A stretch of 63,231 nucleotides of DNA, the filler included, from Craspedostauros australis (Eukaryota), in the NCBI GenBank assembly GCA_030167865.1. It is 14 parts of 14 records of this genome, joined end to end, with 100 filler letters (N's around TTAATTAATTAA, not from the genome) between each part and the next. Parts side by side here need not be neighbours in the genome. Positions count along the whole stretch, not along the records: positions 1 to 5,976 come from JALAGF010001070.1; positions 6,077 to 10,145 come from JALAGF010001071.1; positions 10,246 to 11,524 come from JALAGF010001073.1; 11 more parts are not named here. One strand, written 5' to 3'. Positions 1 through 11,624 of this stretch are shown here, one piece after another. The notes below the pieces were generated by a model. It was given only the letters and a program-made list of their open reading frames with translations, was not told the DNA's origin and searched no databases. How positions within the stretch are numbered: position 1 is the stretch's first letter; each line of letters opens with the position of its first letter. The translations under genes were made by a program, and so were the position numbers.

Positions 1-548
1 TACCAACCCCACTCAACCACTTCGCCACGACGAAGCAGACCTGATGATGTTGCACATCGTGATATCATTGGTGTTTCGTGACGAAGTATCCAATTTCGTG
101 ACGTTGATGACGGATTGGACAAGCACATGGTGTAAGTAACGTAAACGCGGATTCACCGCTTCCCCCAACATTCTACAACTAGTGCTATCGTGGATGGACT
201 GTTGGATGGTCTCATCCGAACACCTGAAAAAGAGACTAAACAATTCAAAATCGGAACAAAGTTGCTGAAACAAAGAACAGCAAAAGGTTAAATTGGATCG
301 ATGTAGTCGGAGGAAAAAGGCTGAGTCCCTAAAGCAGTCTAAAAATGCTCACATTGACGGGTCCATAAAACTTAAAATAGGATCTAACTTAAAAATCNNN
401 NGGTTAATTATTTATATGGAGATTACGAGGATTACGAATATGTGCTTTGTTTGGATATCGGAGACAAATGTTATTGAGTCCCATGACAAAGTGCAGGTCG
501 ACTCACTGATCGGGCTCTTAAACAAGTCGCATTCCAAGATCTGCGCAT

Positions 549-1457
549 TCATTGCGATGAAGGCAAACCAAAGAACTGCGTCATCAGTGTCGTGACTTGA
601 CGTATACGCGCCGATTCCATGTCGTTGGCCGATTGGAACACATCCCACGGTCCTCGTTTCCCATTGCTACTGTTGCTGTTGCTATTCGTGGGTCGATCCA
701 GCATAATACCGTCATTGAGAAGCACCTGCCGTACATCCCGCACCGATCCGGAGGGTGAGTCCCGTTGGCCGCCGCCACCTCCAAGATTCGGGTTGGTATT
801 TTTGTGGAACTGTGGTGTCGCGATGGAAGTTGGGTGATGCATGAGTATGTGACATGATGTGAGGAAACAAATGTGGTCGCGCAACCAACACCACCACACT
901 GCAATGCAACATCGACGTCACCCCATGCGTTTCAAATACACCCACCCACACCCACACGCACACCCACACGTATTATATCATCAACACCGTGAATAGCGTA
1001 CCTTCCGTTGCAACACACGATAGATCTCTTGATCCTTACGCCCCAAACTATCTCGCAACCGCTTGTTCTCATCCTTCTCCACATCGACGTTGCGTTTCTG
1101 CGCATCGCGATCTTCCTCAAGCTGCTGGAAATGCAGCAGCCACTGCCGCTCGCGCTGCTCCAACGTGGATTCCAACTCCTGCGTCTTGCGACATTCCTGA
1201 TCGAGGCGCGCCGTGAGATCCTGGTAGACACGTTCCTGCTCCATCTTGCGCTGCTTCTTGGAGCGGTGCACTTCGGCCGTCGCCATGCGCTGCTGTAGCG
1301 GGGTTGGTTGCTGCTGCTGTTGCTGCATTGAATGATGGTTCGTTGTGGGACCGCTGTGATGCGAATGCTGACTTGTGCTGCCGCTGTTGTGCAGATCGAT
1401 GGAGTTACGATCGCGACGTGTGAAAGCTGGTGAGACGGGATCGAACTGATCCATCAT
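549..1457 (-). CDS. Hypothetical coiled-coil protein, 2 exons (1457-1002, 809-549)
   Basis: ATG at 1457; Q-rich then coiled-coil ORF; GT donor at 1001 (AAG|GTACGC) and CAG acceptor at 810 join in phase 0 (VLQRK|FHKNTNP) to the ORF ending at 549. Confidence 0.65.
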
Positions 1458-2126
1458 TTTGTGCGCCTGTGGTTGTGGTATGCTGTGTTATGGATGGGTG
1501 GTGGGGCTGTGTTGCTCGCAACGCCGTGGCAGAGTATTGCAGAGCAACGCAGGCTTCCTGGTCTGCTGCACTTTCGTGCTTCCTGTTTTGCGCTTTTGAA
1601 TTGTGTTGTCTCTTGGTTCTTCGCAGATGGATTCTGTTCGCCTTGGTACTCGATGGGTTAAAGGGTATGATCATGCAATGGAATGTCCTGCTCTCATCTC
1701 TTCCGCTTCGCTCTTCTCCTCTTCGCTGTGCGCCCGATCGGTACTTCGATTGTCTTCGCCCCAGGAACAACGTCGAGAACAAGGACAAAGACAAGGACAA
1801 CACAGCGAAGAACACAACGAGCATCAGCGAAGGCCACTGCGCTTTTTTTCCTTTCTTCGTTTTCCACGCCGATCCATCACAGCGCCGAGTTAGCTTCTTT
1901 GCTAAATTCAGTCAAGTGCAGAAAATGCCTGATTTTGCGAACTCGTATTTCCAAAAGGGGTATCTATGGCCCGAGAGAGGCTCCATCGAAGTTGGTGAAA
2001 CTTCAATCTGTTTTGTATTGGTGCGTGTTACTGCGATACATGCACAAGGACAGCAATGAGATAGCCTGGATTGTGTTTGCACTCCACTCTACAATGCTAC
2101 AGAGTATTAGTACTTGTTTGATTATG

Positions 2127-3836
2127 CTACGTCATGAAGCAAAGGACCATCGCACCTATTGATAGCGTGATACCCACGTGCAGGAACCTGTTACGCTGGG
2201 CAGCGGATCCGTCAGGTGCTTGCGCGCCACTGGCGTCGCCCCCGTCGCTGATCTGTGATGGTTGAGAACTTTGTTCTGAGGCTTGAGATGGCCGCAATGA
2301 TGGTGTCGATGTCGTCTGCGAAGGTGAAGCAGTCGGCGAAGAAGTCGGAGAGGAAGTTGGTGCCAGAGTTGCTATTTGCGTTGGCGCAAGACTTGGCACA
2401 AGGGTTGGCGAGGACGTTGGCATTGCAGTTGGTACTGCAGTTGGAGCACTCGTGGGAGACGCCGTCGGTGATTCTGTTGGTGATCCTGTCGGTACCGCGG
2501 TCGGTGCACTCGTCGGTGTTATCGTTGGCTGTGTTGTTGGTTGAGTGGTGGGCGATGACGTCGGCAATGAAGATGGTGATACTGTGTCAGCGGCAGTTGG
2601 TTCGATTGATGGAGTGCCAGTTCCACCACCTGCCTTTAACGTAGGCACTGCCGTCGGTACTGCCGTCGGTACTGCCGTCGGTAACGCTGTTGGGCTTGGC
2701 GTTGGCGACAGTGTCGGACTTGCTGTGGGACTTACTGTGGGACTTACTGTGGGGTTTGATGTTGGCTGTGCTGTTGGCCGCATCGTCAGTGACACAGTTG
2801 GTGACACAGTCGGCGTAACCGTGGGTGCATTCGTGACCTCTCCCACGAGCTGCAAATTGTATGTCTCCACTAGCTGAAGCAAGTTGCCCTCGCTCCAAAA
2901 GTCCACCGAGATGAAGTTCGGCAGCTTCTGCCCGTATCGCGCTTGGCAGGCCTGCACCAATCGGTCAGCGAAGTCGACCGTGTTGATGTTGCGGGCGGCA
3001 TCGCGGGAGGGTTGGAACTGTCCCAAGAAAGTGTTGCGCGTCACGAAGTTGTTGATGTAGAGCCAATCCCCGTTCGAGTCCCATCCGCGATCCGTCGGGC
3101 AGTTGCCATCGATGATGATGCTTTCAATCTCCTCCTCGTCTTCGAACGAGAATTCCATCTCCCTCGTGTAGTCATAGAGATAGTGAATGCCGTCAGGGTG
3201 CACACCATCGCCCGTCGGGCCGCGGTGATAAAACAGGATGACCTGCTTGCCGTCATTCAGCAAAGAACCCAGCGTCGGCCAGTCGGTTGGTGAGCTGGGT
3301 GGGTCCGGTTCCGGGTGATGGTACAGGCGACCCGCGAATCCATTCTGCACTCCATTGACGATGCTCTCCACATCCTGCAGCGTCACGGGTCCATCGGCTT
3401 CTCCGTTCAGTTCCAGATTGAGCACGATCAATTCGCCTGGATTCGCGATGAGCCACTCATTCACGATGCCCAAAATTTCGACCGGATCGAGACGCCCAAC
3501 GCCGCAACCCACGGCACTGGAGCCATGGCACAGCTGCAACTGGTCGTTGCAATTGCAGACGTCGAGGGAGAGGCCGCGGTAGCCTTTGTCCAAGGCATCA
3601 TTGAATGGGTCCTCGAAGTGATTGGCAGCGAAGACGAAGCCTCTGTCGACCGATGACATTGCATTGTGGATCATTCCCATCATCATTTCGTTCACGCGAA
3701 CGTTGCAGAGGTTGCTGAGGCCATTGCAGACCGTGATGGGAGCGTCGTTGGCCGCGACTTCTGCCATCATCATCGTTGTCGTCGTGGTTGCCCCAAGCAG
3801 CATCACGATGAATGGAAAGACATGACGGTGCAACAT
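2127..3836 (-). CDS. Secreted/surface PI-PLC-X-like phosphodiesterase with Pro/Thr/Ser mucin stalk and hydrophobic C-terminus (TM or GPI signal)
   Basis: Signal-peptide-like start MLHRHVFPFIVMLLG; motifs CNG..LC, HNA, GYRGLSLD, LCHG, EWL..NP.E.I.L, PNFISVDFW typical of PI-PLC X-domain-like proteins; about 170 aa of PT repeats; hydrophobic tail. Confidence 0.85.
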   Translation of the reverse strand: MLHRHVFPFIVMLLGATTTTTMMMAEVAANDAPITVCNGLSNLCNVRVNEMMMGMIHNAMSSVDRGFVFAANHFEDPFNDALDKGYRGLSLDVCNCNDQLQLCHGSSAVGCGVGRLDPVEILGIVNEWLIANPGELIVLNLELNGEADGPVTLQDVESIVNGVQNGFAGRLYHHPEPDPPSSPTDWPTLGSLLNDGKQVILFYHRGPTGDGVHPDGIHYLYDYTREMEFSFEDEEEIESIIIDGNCPTDRGWDSNGDWLYINNFVTRNTFLGQFQPSRDAARNINTVDFADRLVQACQARYGQKLPNFISVDFWSEGNLLQLVETYNLQLVGEVTNAPTVTPTVSPTVSLTMRPTAQPTSNPTVSPTVSPTASPTLSPTPSPTALPTAVPTAVPTAVPTLKAGGGTGTPSIEPTAADTVSPSSLPTSSPTTQPTTQPTITPTSAPTAVPTGSPTESPTASPTSAPTAVPTAMPTSSPTLVPSLAPTQIATLAPTSSPTSSPTASPSQTTSTPSLRPSQASEQSSQPSQISDGGDASGAQAPDGSAAQRNRFLHVGITLSIGAMVLCFMT

Positions 3837-4312
3837 GGTCGATATGAAGTGATGTTGAGTGCTGTGTGTCTGATACGAGTGTGTCCGTGGGAAGCCTTTT
3901 GTGTTCCAGTTTGTGAGGGGAGTGTTGTCCTGATCGACGTGATCTCGGTCCTTCCCTCGATCCTCTTCTTTGTGCTCCACTCTATGCTCTACTTCCTTGT
4001 TCCGTGTTGGTATTGTCACACAAACGATTCCACGCTCAACGCACGCGATCAGGTCTCAGCAGATTGTTTCATGATGATCCTTGCAAGGTCGCTTTTGATC
4101 GCATCACACTGCATCGCATCGCATCGTATCGCATTGATGGGCTACAGCTCATTTCCTCCCCAGCTTCCCCTCCACTCTCTTGTTGGCCGTTCCCACCTTT
4201 TTGTCGTGTCGATCATCGTTGCGATTCGTGTTGGGTCGTGTTGTTGGTCATTCGGAAGAAGATCCACGTTTTGCGTTGTCGCTCTTGCATTCCGAGTCGT
4301 GTATAGTGAGTC

Positions 4313-4733
4313 TAGATTAGTCTACTCGTCGAATTCGAAATGAAGCCTCTTTACCTCTCTCTTCCATGTCACGCTCGCCGTCGCAGCTCAGATTGCTCGA
4401 TGCACGACAATTCACCAACAAGCTGGATGATCGAAATGCTCTCGCTTCGCTACTCTCTCTCCCCTCTGTCTCTGGAGTATCCTTCATCGGTACTCCCTTG
4501 GCGTTCTGAGATGTTCTCCAACTGCCGATACCCAGGCTGCAATCAAGCTTGGTGGAGCTGTGGGACATCGATCCTTCATCGTTGATGATGTGGCGAGCCC
4601 GCTTCCTAATGCCAGTCTGAGACTGGAGGTGGTTGTAAGGGTCATAATTTCATAACTGGTCAGCCTCGTTCACCCCGATTTCAAGTCACGACCATCAGTC
4701 CCGTAGACAAATCTGCCCCAAAAGACTAAATCA
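4313..4733. mobile_element. Candidate old solo LTR (421 bp)
   Basis: Imperfect inverted termini TAGATTAGTCT...AGACTAAATCA; flanks GAGTC/GTGTC (5-bp TSD with one mismatch); CT-rich core resembling the family B LTR; no second copy in the window. Confidence 0.35.
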
Positions 4734-5976
4734 GTGTCCGCCAATCCATCGAGTCCTTCCCCGCACCACCATTTCTCTGCATGGCCACTTTCCTTGTATG
4801 ACCCCGTTCGGGGTTGTCATGTTGTCATTTGCGGATTGTTGAGATACGCACTTAGTTCATCCTCTTATGTTGTGGAGAGTATAGTTTATTTTTCATACCA
4901 TAGGATGAGTCACTGTGCTCCATTGTATTATATAATATTATGCTGCATAGTTAGTATTCGCAAGTGTTGCTGTTGCCGTGAACGTAGGCGTGGACGTGCA
5001 GGGATGCCACAAACAACACTGTGCTACTTGACACAACGCACACAAGGGAGGAAGCACACAACAGAGCCCAATCGTCCACAATGTGAGGAATCAATGCAAC
5101 ACCAAAGCTCTCACAACATCACGACCCACACTGTTGGATACCATCGCAGTCTGATATCGACCAACAGCGACGGCATCATTTCTGTCCACAGTGAGCACAA
5201 GCCATGCACTTGTGTTGTAAGAGCTATCTACATATATCTAACCCTAATGGACAACATGCCACATAGATTGCTAAAAATGTCATGTTGTCCGATTCAATAT
5301 TGGCAGGATGATACTCAACCTCGCTGAATGGGGCTGTATGCTGACACATCCACAGCTCCAGTTTTGCACATCTCTTGCTGCTTCACACATTCACAAATAT
5401 ATGTGTCTTGCCCAAGTGCAGTGTTCAACTTCCGTATACCAGATGGATGCGTATGTTTGTACATATGTGTTGCTCCTCGCCATCCGCAGTTCATCTCCAT
5501 ACTACTCACTTTGAGTTGCCACTTTCCTGCTTCCCCCGTCTTCCTTTCTCCATTGACTGTGCTGCTGGTGTTCACTCCTTCATTCATTGAATGCTCAACG
5601 TACCTATCCCAACTATCGCAGCATTCAGTGCAATCGTCGGCTCAGCAATCGTCTCATTGTCAATGCTTTGATGATACAAATGGCCATTGTAGCTTCCCAC
5701 TCGCACCTTCTTTGCTTCTGGGCATCATTGATGCATTCCACATCTTCCTTTGCTTTCTTCTCAAGAGCCATCACTTTGTACGTCAGGTTACAATTGTCAT
5801 CCATAGTCCCTGTTTGACGAGAGTGCTCTTCCATTGCCTCGACTTCAGCCTCTGCCATGTCCATTGCTCTCCACATCCTCCAAGATCTCTTCCGACCTTC
5901 CAACGAAGGCAGATCCTACCAGAAATGGTTCTTCAATTCTGACTTGGAAGTCAGATACTTCATTGCAATGGCAGTG

Positions 5977-6076
5977 NNNNNNNNNNNNNNNNNNNNNNNN
6001 NNNNNNNNNNNNNNNNNNNNTTAATTAATTAANNNNNNNNNNNNNNNNNNNNNNNNNNNNNNNNNNNNNNNNNNNN
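5977..6076. other. Artificial contig linker (first of 13)
   Basis: N44-TTAATTAATTAA-N44 (stops in all frames) at 5977-6076, 10146-10245, 11525-11624, 13732-13831, 15264-15363, 17179-17278, 23674-23773, 24872-24971, 26757-26856, 29378-29477, 31228-31327, 46534-46633, 61015-61114. Confidence 0.99.
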
Positions 6077-6890
6077 CAAACGTTCTCGCAAGTGCCTCCG
6101 AAGTGCCACTGTTCTTTTGTTCAATCCAACACATCAACTGTTCCGACGAACGTGTCTGTGTTGCCACACCACAGAAGAAGTGATTTCTTTGGCGATTGAT
6201 TCGTTCAAAGGCGAGGCCCACCAAATTCAGCGGTTTGTTCTGGTTGTGGATCTTGTTGAGTTGGTAACACTTGGTTGGAATTTGGCGGATGCCGACCGAC
6301 AACCACAAATTACCACGAGTGAGGAAACCATTTCCTCGCACAACCAACACATCCAACACATCCAACACAACCAACGTGCGAGTAGCATCGTGAACATCGA
6401 TGCACCCGATGATGAGGCCATGGTCGATCTCCGTGGAGGCACCTCCTCCATCAAACACTTCGTCTCGCGCCCATTGCACTATGCTCACACCGTCATGGCC
6501 CATCCAATCAACGAGGGCGACGACACCTCCAAGACGATCAGCAGCAGCAGCAGCAGCCGAAGCCATCACGGGTCGCCACACATGACACCCAACGTCTACT
6601 CCGGGAAAGGCATCACCTGCGGACTCCGCCAACCGCTTCGATGGAGGATGCAGGCTCATTGGCAACACCTCCGGCTGCCAACCACGCAAGCCTTCACACC
6701 AGCGGCTACGACAAGAACAACTGCAGGAGTCATCGACCTCCGCCACGACCATCAACTTCCAACCACAGAGGAACCGCTCATCGATCGTGAGGATTAGGAG
6801 TAGATGCTGTCGAGGTTTCCGACGCACGACCTCCCCCACATGCCCACCTCCGCTTTTCAGAAGCCACACCGTCGGCTTCGCAGCACAAGC

Positions 6891-6923
<33 letters not shown>
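6891..6923 (+). repeat. (GAT)n microsatellite
   Basis: 11 consecutive GAT units. Confidence 0.95.
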
Positions 6924-7676
6924 CGTGACGAGGAGGATGAAGAGGAGGAGGATCCAACCCATGCGGCTCCTGCTGCTGCTTCCGTCATTGAGCACGATGC
7001 TAATTGTGCCAATGATCTTGCCCCCACCCACCTTCACCCAGCAAGTGCAATTGATGGTGAGTGCGATGGCAAATATTGTACAGGATGACCATGACGACAA
7101 GGACACACAATCTGATGAGCATTGGCTCACGTGAATGATGTTGTCCGAATCGGATGATGAAAGTCAGCTTGTTCCAAAGTCCCAAAAACAACAGCAACCG
7201 CAACCGCAACGGCAGCAACAACAATAGCCAACACCACGTCGAAACCTGCGGAGACTGTGCTCCCAACAACAGCACAGATCCCTGACATCCTTAGCAGCCT
7301 GCTGCCGAACGTCATCATCTGGAAGTTGCCCTTCTCCACAAATGGTGAATCAGATGCATCCACGGTCCAAAACGCAACGATGCTCTCCACATACGAATCA
7401 AGGAGTCTCACATCCTTGTCACGCAGCTACTACACGGATGCCTCGTCGTCACATGCTGATGATGAGTCGGATCACAACAACAGTCGCACGCAGCTACTGC
7501 AAATGGTATACGAAACAGGCGACGAATAATCTGAGCTCGTCATTCAAGAAGTCCAACGGAATCTCAAGCGCAACCCTGAGTCAAATGAGCCCGATGATGA
7601 GTGGTCCTTTCTGTCATCGCCACTGGAGGGACCAGCCAGACAGCAGCCTCAACCACGCGCCCCGCCGATCCAGTCT

Positions 7677-8033
7677 CATGGCCGAGTCAAAAAGCTCTTC
7701 AGACTGAAGCAGGCCTACCTGCGATCCAAGAACCGCTGTGAGATTTTCATCGTCGATGGTGTTGCAGGCGTCGGCAAGATTGCTATCTGCCAGTACTTCT
7801 TCGACAATGTGCACGACGCCACGCTGATCTTGGGATGTGCCAAGTTCGAACCGCCGATCGGGATGTCACCAGCATCCATCCATACGGACCCATCTGCACT
7901 GCCTTCGCCTCCCTCCTGCGTCAGGTCACGCAACGGAATGCATCCTGGATCCAACAGCATTTGCCGCAGGCTGCTGAGGCTCTCAACCTCATTCTTGCAC
8001 AAACGCGCTGCTTCATCTTCATGGACACAATAA
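7677..8033 (+). pseudogene. Degenerate P-loop AAA-ATPase (AAA_16-like) N-terminal fragment
   Basis: Translates HGRVKKLFRLKQAYLRSKNRCEIFIVDGVAGVGKIA...LGCAKFE, matching the YGRExE...GxxGxGK[T] pattern with the Walker A Thr replaced by Ile; frames upstream are broken by stops and the ORF ends early. Confidence 0.55.
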
Positions 8034-8569
8034 CATAGAAATAATGGTAGAACAGTTGTAGCACATACTAAAGCAAGAAGTCAGTATTTATTCAATCATT
8101 GCACTATTACTATTGACTATCGTTTTCCGTTGCCCTCATGGCTGTGCTGTTTGTGTCCTGATCTGCACTGGTTGGAGGGGGCGGGAGGGGGGCGGCTGCT
8201 GCTTCTGGGCCAGCAGCAGTTGCGGCTACCATTGTTGACGCTGTCGTCGTTGCGGTCAGCGTTGTCATTGTTTGCGCTGCTGCCGTTGTTTGCGTTGCTT
8301 CCTAATCTGCACTAGGTGGCGGAGCGGCGACGGCTGTTGCTTCTGGGCCAGCAGCACTTGCCGCTGTCGTGGGCGTCCTTGTCGTGGGCGTCCTTGTTGT
8401 CGGCGTGCATGGCTTAGCCATCTTCATGGCTGCCGCACGCGGAATCAATGAAGGGGTCCCCGGAGGCAAAGAAGTCTTCTACACGTTCCTCGATTCGGTC
8501 GGCGGTACGTCGAAGAACATTTCTCGTCCCATTCCAAATCTGTTCGAACCAAGTGGGTCCATTCGAAGG

Positions 8570-9007
8570 CTACAAGCTCACTTCAGAGCGCTCCACTTCA
8601 CCCTGCTCCTTACCCTGGCGTTCCTGTACATTGTTGAGGCCACTGCCGACTTGACGAAGCACCTGCTGTTGATCTTGAGAAGGGGCGTTGCGCAGGGCGT
8701 TGCGCAGGGCGCGGAAGGGATTGCTGTGATGTTTGACCAATATCACGAGCCCAGAAAAGTCTCCTCGCACGATGATGACCTCTCTTCCCCAGTTACGTGG
8801 GTTTCTCTTGACCTTCTTTGCTGACTTCTTGAAACATGTCAACAATCTCTTCTTCTCCTCTTGCGTGAAGAGCGTTTCAAGGTTTTGGATTACCTGGGCA
8901 AGGAAGTCCTTCAGTAGGTCAAGGCTCCACCCAACTGCCTCGCGGTCGCTAGCGATAGCCAATAGTTTCCGAATAGCTTGTTTCTCGGCGTCTGTGAAAG
9001 TCACCAT
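8570..9007 (-). CDS. Hypothetical helical protein, possibly truncated
   Basis: ATG in ACCATGG context; 145-aa ORF with protein-like composition; no recognisable domain. Confidence 0.35.
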   Translation of the reverse strand: MVTFTDAEKQAIRKLLAIASDREAVGWSLDLLKDFLAQVIQNLETLFTQEEKKRLLTCFKKSAKKVKRNPRNWGREVIIVRGDFSGLVILVKHHSNPFRALRNALRNAPSQDQQQVLRQVGSGLNNVQERQGKEQGEVERSEVSL

Positions 9008-10245
9008 GGTTGACGTTGTTGTTCAGGTGTGTGCGTGAGCTGATGGGTATTGCTCCTTCAGATCAATCGTCGGTTGATGTGGAAGGGGTGTGTTGAAGAT
9101 TTGTTGCGAAGTTGCTCCATTTATGAAGAGGCAAATGGAGGACGAGGAGAACAAGGAAAGAACTTGCGCTTGCCGCGTTCTACCGCGTTGTCTTTGGCGC
9201 AAAGTCGGAGAGGAGCTCGACGTGAGTGTGCATGTTGTGCACTCCGTGTTTTGACGCCGCAGTTCCAATGCTCCTTCTAACGGTATTCCTCACATCCAAA
9301 GCCATGGCAGTTGACTTTGAGCAAGATGCGCACGAACTTGCGACGTGCAGAAAGCGTGGATCCACGATCGCAGTCGGCCGTTTGTGATCCAGGTTTGCCT
9401 TCTTGAAATCGTTGGTCTGTTGTTCATGGGCATGTTGACCACCGTGTTGGGTGGAGATGCACACAACAAGGAAGATACCAACGCCAAAAATCAGTCACTT
9501 GGATCCGTGTGCGTCTTTTGCAATGTTTGGACTTTTAGTCCATTGAATCAATCGCCGTGTCTCTCTCTCTGATGGATCCGTTGATTGATTGTTCGGTGGC
9601 ATCAAGATACCAAAGCACACCATGTCCCCGCGCGTATTGTGCCACTCCGATTGGCAAAGTTCCAGGCTTCAAGCACACATCACACCACTCGAAGCGCCGA
9701 AGAACTGTATCGATCGGAGTGGTATCGTGGTCGACTCCCCCAAGACCATCACAGAGGGATGTGCCTACTCAGATAACACGGTCTATGGTATCACATGAAG
9801 AGGCACAACTGCACAGCGTGGACAAGTTGGGCACGATCGAAAGTCGTATCGTGCGAGCGAGCGAGCCAGCCAGCCTCGGATCATAATGTGGCTGTCCACG
9901 GTCGTATCACACCACACCATACCATACCACGCCATACCATACACAGTGGTGGAACTGCGCAAGTCCATGAAGGTGTGTTGACTGACGACACGTTGCTTCG
10001 TGATCCATGCACAAGATCATGGAATGGAGGACAGCAATCTTGAGCAAATGAGCTCATAATTGCCATCCAAGCGCAACTGATTTGGGACCACATACCTACT
10101 CTACATACTCTGCCTGCTCTGTCAGCTCTACTCATACGATTGTGCNNNNNNNNNNNNNNNNNNNNNNNNNNNNNNNNNNNNNNNNNNNNTTAATTAATTA
10201 ANNNNNNNNNNNNNNNNNNNNNNNNNNNNNNNNNNNNNNNNNNNN

Positions 10246-11524
10246 GTTGGTTCGATACACTCGGTGTTGCATGGAACATCGAAGTAGTACGCAGCAAAGC
10301 TGTCTGGATTGCCTGAGCCGCCTTCGCCGTCATCACTTGGAAGGCTGCATGCCTCGCAGTTCTCACTGACAAAGTCATCGCCAGTGTAGATGTAGATCAC
10401 CACATTCGTGGACATGTCCACACACTCGGCAGAAAGNGAGATTGGAGTGTTCTCTCCGACATTTGTAAACTCAGCGCATTCCTTCATACCAGTCTCAGAC
10501 TTGTGGTACTTGATGAAGACATGCGGGATGACTCCGTTGATGATGTTCTGAACGAAGTCGAACTCAACGAGTGTTGCATCATCGCTCTCGAATGTGAGGA
10601 TGATTGGCTTGGGGTCGGCAGCGTAGGAAGGATCGGTGGATTCGACGAGCTTGGCGCCATCTGGATCAACGCAGTTGGTTGGTGCAGCACTGGCTGTTGG
10701 CTGGGATGTTGGGTGTGAAGTTGGTCCGCTGGTTGGTCCAGAAGTAGGTCCGGAGGTTGGTCCGCTGGTTGGTCCAGAGGTTGGGCCGGAAGTAGGTCCC
10801 GAGGTTGGGCCAGAGGTTGGTCCCGAGGTTGGTCCGCTGGTTGGTCCGCTTGTTGGTCCAGATGTTGGACCTGAAGTTGGTCCGCTAGTTGGGCCGCTTG
10901 TTGGGCCAGAGGTTGGTCCAGAAGTAGGTCCAGATGTTAGCCCGCTGGTTGGGCCGGAAGTTGGTCCGGATGTTGGCCCAGAGGTTGGTCCAGATGTTGG
11001 TCCGCTGGTTGGTCCGGAAGTAGGTCCAGAAGTTGGTCCAGAGGTTGGGCCGGAAGTAGGTCCCGAAGTAGGTCCCGAGGTTGGGCCAGAGGTTGGTCCG
11101 CTGGTTGGTCCAGAAGTTGGTCCACTAGTTGGGCCGGATGTTGGTCCAGATGTTGGGCCCGAAGTAGGTCCGCTGGTTGGTCCGCTGGTTGGTCCAGAGG
11201 TNTGGGCCGGAAGTTGGTCCGCTCGTTGGTCCGCTGGTTGGGCCCGAAGTTGGTCCACTGGTCGGTCCGGAAGTAGGTCCCGAAGTAGGTCCCGAGGTTG
11301 GGCCAGAGGTTGGTCCAGAGGTTGGTCCGCTGGTTGGGCCAGAGGTTGGTCCAGATGTTGGGCCGGATGTTGGTCCAGATGTTGGGCCCGAAGTAGGTCC
11401 GCTGGTTGGTCCAGAGGTTGGTCCAGAGGTTGGTCCGGATGTTGGTCCGCTGGTTGGTCCACTGGTTGGTCCACTGGTTGGTCCAGATGTTGGTCCAGAT
11501 GTTGGTCCTGATGTAGGTCCGCTG
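10246..11524 (-). CDS. Partial mucin-like secreted protein: long (PTSG)n tract plus Cys-containing globular domain
   Basis: About 800 bp of 12-bp degenerate repeats encoding TSGP with synonymous variation, then a domain ending C..C..P...AAYYFDVPC; both ends at contig breaks; apparent frameshift coincides with an N near 11202. Confidence 0.8.
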
Positions 11525-11624
11525 NNNNNNNNNNNNNNNNNNNNNNNNNNNNNNNNNNNNNNNNNNNNTTAATTAATTAANNNNNNNNNNNNNNNNNNNN
11601 NNNNNNNNNNNNNNNNNNNNNNNN

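Noticed and set aside
6021..6032. Recurring TTAATTAATTAA motif as a biological repeat
   Set aside because: Always centred in a fixed 100-bp N linker; an assembly joiner. ORFs ending in 'LIN' are artefacts.
6077..7530. Long overlapping ORFs with poly-I/M/D tracts
   Set aside because: Produced by the GAT microsatellite and decayed low-complexity coding sequence with stops; no intact gene supported.
10636..11572. (GPEV)n plus-strand ORFs resembling elastomeric or collagen-like proteins
   Set aside because: Antisense of the PTSG mucin tract, which continues into a globular domain on the minus strand.
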